26,333 nucleotides of DNA. It comes from a bacterium. Its GTDB lineage: Bacteria; Zhuqueibacterota; Zhuqueibacteria; Zhuqueibacterales; Zhuqueibacteraceae. A model generated the notes under the pieces. The model was not told the origin of the DNA, did not search any database, and saw nothing but the letters and a program-made list of their open reading frames with translations. The position numbers were made by a program, and so were the translations under genes. Location: positions 1-26,333 of the forward strand of contig JBIOXB010000001.1 of assembly GCA_044869275.1 (NCBI GenBank), read 5' to 3'. This document shows, piece after piece, positions 17,394-24,572 of the stretch (positions are counted from its first letter, which is position 1; every line of letters begins with the position of its first letter).

Positions 17394-18054
17394 GATTCTT
17401 TTCGCCGACGATCACAGCGTCGTGCGGGATGGTTTACGCGCTTTGTTCAACAGCTCTCCACACTTTGACATCGTTGGCGAAGCCGCGGATGGCGAGCAAG
17501 CGCTACGTCTGGCCGCAAAAAAACATCCCGATATTCTGCTGCTCGATATCACCATGCCGAAAGTAAACGGCATCGAGGCGACGCGCCTGCTCAAGAAAAG
17601 CCACCCCAACACCAAGGTGTTGATTCTCACCGTTCATGAAGAGGCCGAGTATATCCACGAAATAGCCAGGGCCGGGGCCAACGGCTACGTGCTGAAAACG
17701 GCTGATAGCAAAGAAATATTTGCGGCCGTCCAAGCCGTGGCTGCCGGCGAGCAATTCTTCAGCCCGAGCGTTTCAAAATTGATCGTAGATGAATTTCTCA
17801 AGAATGCCCGAACGAACGAAGCGAACCCGCCGCCTCGACCTTCAGAAGCCCGGCTTACCAAACGGGAACAGGAGCTGGTGGCGCTGATTGGGGCAGGTCT
17901 CAGCAATAACGAAATTTCCCAAAGACTCCACATTTCCATCCACACCGTCAAGAGCCATGTGCGTAACATTTTGGAGAAGCTCGCATTGCACACGCGCCTT
18001 CAAATCTCCAACTATGCCCACACCGCAGGTATTTTCAAAGCCCAATCCCGATAA
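17371..18054 (+). CDS. NarL/LuxR-family response regulator (canonical, likely cognate of the kinase)
   Basis: FADDH, LLDITMP, ILT, YVLK and LuxR HTH (LTKREQE...TVKSHVRNILEKL). Overlaps the kinase 3' end. Confidence 0.93.
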   Translation: MKPTKKIKILFADDHSVVRDGLRALFNSSPHFDIVGEAADGEQALRLAAKKHPDILLLDITMPKVNGIEATRLLKKSHPNTKVLILTVHEEAEYIHEIARAGANGYVLKTADSKEIFAAVQAVAAGEQFFSPSVSKLIVDEFLKNARTNEANPPPRPSEARLTKREQELVALIGAGLSNNEISQRLHISIHTVKSHVRNILEKLALHTRLQISNYAHTAGIFKAQSR

Positions 18055-18074
18055 TCTCCCACGAGCTGACGATT

Positions 18075-18104
18075 GGCCTCATCCCAAAGAATGAGGGCCT
18101 TTTT
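18075..18104 (+). terminator. Candidate intrinsic terminator
   Basis: GGCCTCAT...ATGAGGGCC stem with one bulge, followed by TTTTT. Confidence 0.5.
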
Positions 18105-18263
18105 CATTCTTTCGAGCTATTTTTTTCAAAAATAATTTCACTATATTGGTACGATCTTGCCAAGCAGATTGCAAGATAGAGCCATTGCACGACATGCCGG
18201 AATGGGAAATGCTGTTGTGGGCATATCCCAATGATCCGGTTGATTCGCATACACTCGTCTGAC

Positions 18264-18734
18264 ATGACGATTCTCTCAAGTAAAAAAACATTGCCGCAAC
18301 CACGCCAATTGTTATGGCGTATCGCCTGGCAGTTTGGGCAGACGTCGCGATGGATGGAAGGCATGAAAAAAACCGAACACGTCTCCGGACCAGCTGCCAA
18401 TATTGGCGGGGTATGGCGAATGCACTTGCTCTGGGGCGGCTCGGAACAGGCTATCGAGTTTGAGATCACCGAGTGGCTCGAAGGCGAACGCTTCGCGTTG
18501 CGGCCTGTCAATGTGTCTATCTTGGAAGGCGACGCCAAGCTTTATCAAATCGTTTTCAATTTAAAAGAACTGACGGATCGCCAGACGCAGGTTACCGTTC
18601 AATGTGAATACGAGCCGCGCCATCGGTTGGCGAAAATCAAAAACCTCATGTTTCTGCGCCACCGCTATTTGGAGCGTTTGGAAGCGAGCATGATTGCGCT
18701 TGAACGCGTTGCGATTGAACAAACGATGTCATAA
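18264..18734 (+). CDS. SRPBCC/START-like ligand-binding protein
   Basis: P..LLWRI..F.QTSRWMEGM, IGGVWRM, FEITEWLEGERFAL and TQVTVQCEY with a long C-terminal helix. The start could be 18231. Confidence 0.7.
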   Translation: MTILSSKKTLPQPRQLLWRIAWQFGQTSRWMEGMKKTEHVSGPAANIGGVWRMHLLWGGSEQAIEFEITEWLEGERFALRPVNVSILEGDAKLYQIVFNLKELTDRQTQVTVQCEYEPRHRLAKIKNLMFLRHRYLERLEASMIALERVAIEQTMS

Positions 18735-18764
18735 AGCCCGATCAAATAGCGGAGGTGACTTTGT

Positions 18765-19430
18765 ATGAATGAACCCATTCGCATATTCATTGCGGACGAT
18801 AATCGCTTGCTCCGCGAAGGCCTGGTTGCCATGCTGGCGGAGCATGAAGGCTTCGTCGTCATCGGCGCGGCGGCAAGCGGCCGCAAAGCCATCGAACAAA
18901 TCAAAGACCTGCGCCCGGAAGTCGCGTTGATTGACATCGGCATGCCGGCCAAAGACGGCATCGAGGTAACGCAAACGCTGCACCGCGACGCGCCAGAAGT
19001 CAAGGTGATTATACTCGGCATGTGTGATTTGGCGGTTGAAATCATGACGAGTATCGAGGCCGGGGCCGCCGCCTATGTTTTGAAAGAAGCCTCATTTGAC
19101 ACGCTGGTCGAAACCATACACGCGGTCCACCGCGGTGAATCGTTCAGCTCGCCGCAGGTGACGGCTTCGCTCTTCTCGCGCATCGCGGAGTTGACCGGCG
19201 AACGCGTGCTGAGAATACCGCTCAGCTCCGTCAAACTGACGCCGCGCGAAGTGGAAATCATTAACCAGGTTGCCGAAGGATTGTCCAACAAGGCAATCGC
19301 CCAACAGCTCTCTATCCAAACGCAGACGGTAAAAAATCACGTCCATAATATTCTCGACAAGCTTCACTTGCACAACCGGCTCCAAGCGGTGGAATATGCC
19401 CGCGAAAGAAAACTGCTGCAAGAGAAGTAA
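18765..19430 (+). CDS. NarL/LuxR-family response regulator (paralog 2)
   Basis: SD GGAGGT. Colinear with 10744-11409; about 37 of 221 residues differ by hand count. Confidence 0.94.
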   Translation: MNEPIRIFIADDNRLLREGLVAMLAEHEGFVVIGAAASGRKAIEQIKDLRPEVALIDIGMPAKDGIEVTQTLHRDAPEVKVIILGMCDLAVEIMTSIEAGAAAYVLKEASFDTLVETIHAVHRGESFSSPQVTASLFSRIAELTGERVLRIPLSSVKLTPREVEIINQVAEGLSNKAIAQQLSIQTQTVKNHVHNILDKLHLHNRLQAVEYARERKLLQEK

Positions 19431-19572
19431 TCGTACCAGTACTTTCCTTCGCCTAGGTACCAGTACTTTCCTTTCTAGAAATCTGGCCAGGTTCATTCTT
19501 GAACTAGTCCTGCCCTAGACCCTTTTTGAACCCTTGGGTCTATTGTATTCCCCTTCCGACTTACCGATATTA
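19431..19572 (+). promoter_or_regulatory. Conserved non-coding cassette, copy 2
   Basis: Near-identical to 11410-11552 with the same direct and inverted repeats; similarity ends after GATATTA. Confidence 0.65.
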
Positions 19573-19696
19573 CTCACGTTGATTTGACATAAATCATTAC
19601 TATCAACTCATCGAGGGACGCTTGTTGCTTGTGTTGATCCCACAACGGCGGGGCTTGCGCAAACTAGCGTCCGGACGGTTGTTCGGGAAGAAAACA

Positions 19697-20068
19697 ATGA
19701 ATGCAAAAATCAAAGTGCTATTGGCGAGTCGGCCCAAGCTGCTATCAGAAGTGATCCGATACATGGTTGCGGGCCAGGCGGATATGGAAGTCATGGGCGA
19801 AGTACTCGATCCCATCGAGCTTTTGCTTGCCGTCAAGGCAACGGGCGCGGGGGTGGTCATCGTCACGCCGCTTGAAGCAAACGGGGACCCGCATATATGC
19901 CTGCAATTGCTGGCGAAGTATCCGTATTTGAAAATCGTGACCCAGTCGGCAAAAGGTGAAGCCGCTTATTTGTATCAAACCGGCGCGCACAAGCAGCGCA
20001 TCGACGAGCCCTCCGAGCAATCGATTCTGGGCGCGATCCGGGAGGCCATGTGTGCGATCGCGGGATAA
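19697..20068 (+). CDS. Pseudo-receiver protein (NarL-type REC fold, no phosphoacceptor)
   Basis: IKVLLASRPKLLSEVI...QADMEVMGE...AGVVIVT...YPYLKIVT mirrors a NarL receiver, but the acidic pair and phospho-Asp are absent and there is no HTH. Confidence 0.65.
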   Translation: MNAKIKVLLASRPKLLSEVIRYMVAGQADMEVMGEVLDPIELLLAVKATGAGVVIVTPLEANGDPHICLQLLAKYPYLKIVTQSAKGEAAYLYQTGAHKQRIDEPSEQSILGAIREAMCAIAG

Positions 20069-20107
20069 TCAAATTGGATGTCTGTCTCACTCAAAAAGGA
20101 ACAAACG

Positions 20108-20359
20108 ATGGATTCTTTATTATGGTTTGTCGCGATTGGGCTGGCTGCCGGCTTGCTGGCAGGGCGGCTCGTAAAAGTCAACAACGGATTTGGCGTTGTC
20201 GGAGATGTTGTGGCCGGCGTGATTGGCGCGCTGTTTGGCGGCTTTCTGTTAATCACGTTAGACGCGCCAGCCGTGGCTGGGTTGCTCGGCAGCTCGATCG
20301 TTGCGACCATTGGCGCGGTTATTTTCTTGATGGGGTTGCGCCAGTTTAAGAGAGCCTAG
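20108..20359 (+). CDS. GlsB/YeaQ/YmgE-family small stress membrane protein (second copy)
   Basis: SD AAGGA; IGLAAGLLAG...GFGVVGDVVAGVIGALFGG...ATIGAVIFL. Confidence 0.9.
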   Translation: MDSLLWFVAIGLAAGLLAGRLVKVNNGFGVVGDVVAGVIGALFGGFLLITLDAPAVAGLLGSSIVATIGAVIFLMGLRQFKRA

Positions 20360-20388
20360 CGAAGCTTGCGCACCGGTTGCTGGTGGAT

Positions 20389-20823
20389 ATGAACAATCAA
20401 GAACACAACCCGTTTTTCAGACAGGAGCAAAAATTGGCTCGCGTTCTAATTGTCGAAGATGAGACTCCTCTACGCATGCAGTGTCGGAATATGCTGGGAG
20501 GGAATGGCTATGAGATTATGGAGGTCGGGTCAGGAGCCAAAGCTTTGGAGGTGCTGTCACATGAAAAAATAGACGCCGTGGTGTTGGATCTCAGCCTGCC
20601 GGACATTGGGGGATTGCCATTGATGAACGAAATACTCGCACGGCAGCCCGGTGTGCCAATCATCATCACCACGGACTCCGATGAGATCCATAAAGATTCT
20701 CTGATGAGCTGGGGGGCAATAGCTGCTGTGGTCAAGTCCTCGGGTTTTTCGGAATTGAAAGAAACTTTAGCGCGCGTCATTCCAGCCGCGGCTGAAATGC
20801 AGAACAGAAGTGCGGCGCTGTAG
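20389..20823 (+). CDS. Single-domain response regulator (CheY-like)
   Basis: VLIVEDE, VVLDLSLP, IIIT, VVKS. Start uncertain (20377 or 20389). Confidence 0.87.
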   Translation: MNNQEHNPFFRQEQKLARVLIVEDETPLRMQCRNMLGGNGYEIMEVGSGAKALEVLSHEKIDAVVLDLSLPDIGGLPLMNEILARQPGVPIIITTDSDEIHKDSLMSWGAIAAVVKSSGFSELKETLARVIPAAAEMQNRSAAL

Positions 20824-20962
20824 GTGGTGACAAGACGGTAAGGGAAGGCGTAAACATTGCAAAGAATGCATCTATTTCGCAGTCCCTGAGTTCAGCGTTA
20901 GCTGGCGCGCCTCTCCGTATGTACTCAAGCCCCGGGCGTATGCCCATAACCAAGGAGTCTCT

Positions 20963-21322
20963 ATGAACGGACGCTTTCTGATATCCAAGTCCAAGGATGA
21001 TCAGTTCTACTTCAACTTGCTGGCTGGCAACGGCGAACGCATTTTGACCAGCGAACTCTACACCGCCAAGCAATCAGCTCATACGGCCATTGCCTCAGTC
21101 AAAGTGAATGCTTCCTTCGAGCAGCAGTATGATCGGCGTATAGATGTCCAGGGCAAGACCTACTTTGTCTTGCAGGGAAAGAACGGCGAAATCATTGGCA
21201 AAAGCGAATCATACTCTTCGACGACTGCGGTGGAAACGGGTATTCAATCAGTCAAGATGAATGCTCCCACGGCGCTGACCGAAGATGATAGCCAGCCGGA
21301 ATACATGGGCGGGCCGGAATGA
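20963..21322 (+). CDS. yegP: YegP/DUF1508-family protein
   Basis: Two internal repeats, FYFNLLAGNGERILTSELY and YFVLQGKNGEIIGKSESY, ending GIQSVKMNAP. SD AAGGAG. Confidence 0.92.
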   Translation: MNGRFLISKSKDDQFYFNLLAGNGERILTSELYTAKQSAHTAIASVKVNASFEQQYDRRIDVQGKTYFVLQGKNGEIIGKSESYSSTTAVETGIQSVKMNAPTALTEDDSQPEYMGGPE

Positions 21323-21384
21323 AAAAGAGAATAGCTGCACGCAAACGCTAAGTCAAAAATACTTTTGGCCAAAGTAGAAGAATC

Positions 21385-21438
21385 ATGTCTGTTGCCCGAG
21401 TAACCGAAATCACCGCGACCTCTCCCAAGAGTTTTGAT
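21385..21438 (+). pseudogene. Dodecin-family N-terminal remnant
   Basis: MSVARVTEITATSPKSFD matches the dodecin N-terminus pattern (V.kV.Ei..tS..Sf.dA); similarity stops after 18 codons. Confidence 0.65.
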
Positions 21439-21561
21439 CGCATGAATGGTTCGAAGAAAGGCTCTGAAGAGGCATTCGTCACCGACGCCGCCGGCCTAAT
21501 TTTGCTCAATCCGAAATTTTCACCTCAAAAAATATCTTACTTTTGCAGGAGTATCCATAAC

Positions 21562-22230
21562 ATGAAAAAAACAGCCTTTCTTTTGTTGAGCGCGGCCTTG
21601 CTCTGCACCGGCATGGGTTGCGGCTGGAGTAATAAAGCCAAGGGCGGCGCGATCGGCGCAGGAGCGGGAGGAGCCGCCGGTGCTGCTATCGGCCACGCGG
21701 CCGGGAACACCGCCCTCGGCGCGATCATCGGGGCCGCGGTGGGCGGCACGGCCGGGGTCATCATCGGCAATCAAATGGATAAGCAAGCCGAGGAGATGAG
21801 ACGAGATCTCGAGAACGCAAAAATCGAACGCGTCGGTGAGGGCATCAAGATCACGTTCGACTCCGGTATTCTCTTCGAGACCAATTCCTCCAACTTGCAG
21901 TCGGTGGCAAGAGGGAACATCGAGAGTCTGGTGAAGATCCTGAATAAGTATCCGGACACCAACATTTTCATCGAGGGCGATACCGATAACGAAGGCACGG
22001 ACGCCTATAACCAAAAGTTATCAGAACGCCGCGCGCAAGCTGTTGCCGACTATCAAAAAGGCCTCGGTATCCCCGGCGCAAGGATTTCCACGGTCGGCTT
22101 GGGTGAGTCGAACCCTGTCGCTTCAAACGATACGGTTGACGGTCGCCAGCAAAACCGGCGCGTTGAAGTCGCCATTTTCGCGAACGACAAGCTGAAAAAG
22201 GCGGCGCAAGCGCAAGCCGGTACAGATTAA
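21562..22230 (+). CDS. OmpA-family lipoprotein with glycine zipper (YiaD-like)
   Basis: SD AGGAG, lipobox GMGC, Gly-zipper GGAIGAGAGG..., OmpA C-domain (NQKLSERRAQAV, GLGESNP, NRRVE). Confidence 0.93.
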   Translation: MKKTAFLLLSAALLCTGMGCGWSNKAKGGAIGAGAGGAAGAAIGHAAGNTALGAIIGAAVGGTAGVIIGNQMDKQAEEMRRDLENAKIERVGEGIKITFDSGILFETNSSNLQSVARGNIESLVKILNKYPDTNIFIEGDTDNEGTDAYNQKLSERRAQAVADYQKGLGIPGARISTVGLGESNPVASNDTVDGRQQNRRVEVAIFANDKLKKAAQAQAGTD

Positions 22231-22340
22231 ATGCTCGCAGGGCTTGAGCTTCCCGAGGAATGAAGTTTCGACTGCTGCTGCCTCATGAAAATACGAAACG
22301 CTGAATCGGAAGCTCAACCCCTTTCTTAACAGCAGCCAAG

Positions 22341-22757
22341 ATGAAAACAATTCGAATACTCACGACCGCACCGGTCCTTCTGGTCATGACCTGGTGCATG
22401 TTCAGCGGTTGCGGTGATCGAACGCAGAAAGAGGTCGTAGTCTCGCTGAAAGTTTCAGAAGCGGATCTGCGCCGGGAAAAATACGCATTCGAAAGTGCGA
22501 TGGCAGCGAAGATCGTTGTCTTCCGCCGGTCATTATATCATATGAATGTGCAGGCCGAAAATGCCTCCTCCCAGTTCAAGGCTGCAACAAACCGGCAAAG
22601 GACAGAACTGGAAAAGCAGCTCGCAGCGGCAGAGAAAATTCTCACGGCCTTGGACGCCTCGAACAAACAGGATTGGAAGGGCATAAAATCCGGAGTGGAA
22701 CATACCTTCGCTGATTTGGGGAGATCCTTTGATCAGGCCACCGCACGTTTCAACTAG
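22341..22757 (+). CDS. Coiled-coil lipoprotein (paralog A)
   Basis: Lipobox FSGC; C-terminus WKGIKSGVEHTFADLGRSFDQATARFN is similar to 23301-23717. Confidence 0.75.
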   Translation: MKTIRILTTAPVLLVMTWCMFSGCGDRTQKEVVVSLKVSEADLRREKYAFESAMAAKIVVFRRSLYHMNVQAENASSQFKAATNRQRTELEKQLAAAEKILTALDASNKQDWKGIKSGVEHTFADLGRSFDQATARFN

Positions 22758-22790
22758 TACCGCATTTGCAAACAAGGCTTGGAGGAAAAT

Positions 22791-23261
22791 ATGATGGAAG
22801 AAAAACAAGAGATCATGAAAGAAAATCATGGAGTGCTACAAGTGCAGAATGGCATACCCGTGATGGACGAACCGCAAAAAGGCCCACAGCACGAACGGTT
22901 GCGCGCGGCTCCGCTTGAGCGCTTTTCCGGCGCAAGCCACAATTTCGATTTGGGCGCAGTGTTAAACGACTTGCGCGCGGAAGCGCATTCCGGGCAAAAC
23001 GGCCATCGCCAGGTGACGATTTTTAGTCGCCGGCCCGTTACCCAGGTGCTTATCGACTTCGAGCCGGGTGGCGGGCTGGCCAATCATGCGGCCCATGGGC
23101 TGGTTATGATTCACGTATTGGAGGGGTGTTTGATGGTACAGGCGGACGGACGCGATCACGAGTTAAGCACGGGGCACGTTCTGATTTTGAACCCGGAGGT
23201 GCGCCATGATGTTCGTGCTCTCGAAGCCAGCGCTATGCTGCTCACGGTGCATATGGAGTGA
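22791..23261 (+). CDS. Cupin-domain protein
   Basis: SD GGAGG; FEPGGGLANHAAHG, IHVLEG, GHVLIL.PEVRHDVRA.E.SAMLLT. Confidence 0.88.
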   Translation: MMEEKQEIMKENHGVLQVQNGIPVMDEPQKGPQHERLRAAPLERFSGASHNFDLGAVLNDLRAEAHSGQNGHRQVTIFSRRPVTQVLIDFEPGGGLANHAAHGLVMIHVLEGCLMVQADGRDHELSTGHVLILNPEVRHDVRALEASAMLLTVHME

Positions 23262-23300
23262 TATGGGTATGCGCCTTCTCATCATTAAGGAGAAAATTTT

Positions 23301-23717
23301 ATGAAAGCAAGGAAATGGCTTTTCGTGAATGCGGTGAGTTTGGTGTTGGTCTCCTTTTTCTTCCTCGCCTGTACCAAACGGGCTTCCGAAGAGAACAGCA
23401 AAGCCGCGAATGGCGCCTACGCCGAGCTGCAAAAGGAAAAACAGGAATTCGAAAGCACGATGGAAACGAAAGTGGCGGACCTGAACCTGGAGCTGGCCGT
23501 CCTGAAAGGCAAGGCCGAGAATGCCACCGGCACAGCCAAAGAAGAATGGCAAGCTCAAGTGGCCGAGCTTGAAAAACACCTGACTGCGGCACAGGATCAG
23601 TTGAAGGAAGTGAAAAATGCCACCGCGGAAAACTGGAAAGAGGTGAAGTCCGGCGTAGAAGTGGCTTTCGATGATTTGGGAAAGTCTTTCGCGCTGGCCA
23701 CCGAACGTTTCAAATAA
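23301..23717 (+). CDS. Coiled-coil lipoprotein (paralog B)
   Basis: SD AAGGAG, lipobox FLAC, Lys/Glu-rich helices, C-terminus WKEVKSGVEVAFDDLGKSFALATERFK. Confidence 0.82.
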   Translation: MKARKWLFVNAVSLVLVSFFFLACTKRASEENSKAANGAYAELQKEKQEFESTMETKVADLNLELAVLKGKAENATGTAKEEWQAQVAELEKHLTAAQDQLKEVKNATAENWKEVKSGVEVAFDDLGKSFALATERFK

Positions 23718-23849
23718 CCTCTCATCCGCAATAATGACAAGGCCAGGCAAGCGGAAGTATTCCATTGCGGAACAGGTGTTTTTCAATCCGGAACTGGCAA
23801 AAGCGTCAAAGAACCGATCGCACATTTATTTAACCAGAGAGACAATTTT

Positions 23850-24398
23850 ATGTGGAAGAAAGTTTTGTGGAGCACGGGTTTCATCATGTTGATGGTTACC
23901 CAAGTGAATGCCCAGAGCATCGGCCTCGGCCCACAGCTTGGCTATCAAAAAGTCCGGGATGCCGACCAGGGGAATCTCATGGGTGGAGCAGCCCTGCGGT
24001 TCAAGTTGAACCCAGCTATTGGCATCGAAGGCGCCATCAACTATCGTCAGGAAACATATGAGAATGAGGCCTTGACGGTACAGACCTGGCCGGTAATGGT
24101 GACCGGTTTATTTTATCCGATCCCTGTCGTTTATGGAGTCATTGGCTTCGGCTGGTATAACTCGACTTTCGACTACGACCAGAGCAAGGCTCCGTTCCAG
24201 GCTGTGGAGGACGAGACCAAGCGGGAAGTAGGCTGGCATTTCGGCGGCGGCGTGGAATTACCCGTCGGTGCAACCTCCAAATTCACGGCCGACATTCGCT
24301 ACGTCTTCCTGGATTACGCTTTTGAGGAAATACCAGGCAGCGAGGGCGTAGACAGCAATTCCTATATCATCACCGCCGGATTCTTGTTCGGTCTATGA
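23850..24398 (+). CDS. Small outer-membrane beta-barrel protein (probably 8-stranded)
   Basis: Signal peptide (VNA-Q), alternating amphipathic strands, GWHFGGGVE, ADIRYVF and terminal strand ITAGFLFGL. Confidence 0.85.
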   Translation: MWKKVLWSTGFIMLMVTQVNAQSIGLGPQLGYQKVRDADQGNLMGGAALRFKLNPAIGIEGAINYRQETYENEALTVQTWPVMVTGLFYPIPVVYGVIGFGWYNSTFDYDQSKAPFQAVEDETKREVGWHFGGGVELPVGATSKFTADIRYVFLDYAFEEIPGSEGVDSNSYIITAGFLFGL

Positions 24399-24572
24399 TC
24401 ACTCTCAAACCTGAGTAGTCTGGGAGTGTGCTCAGGATTGTTTTCATATATGGCCGGGTCGCTGGGAACCTAAGTGAGTCCGCTCGCCAAGCGCTCATGG
24501 GCTTTCGGAGAGATCATAGTCTGCAGTGGTCGAAGAAGAAAAAAACAATTAGTGACAAATAAGGAGAGTCTT

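Noticed and set aside
24410..24436. Hairpin CCTGAGTA...TGCTCAGG after the beta-barrel gene as a terminator
   Set aside because: The stem is plausible but the T-run is weak and offset, so it is not called.
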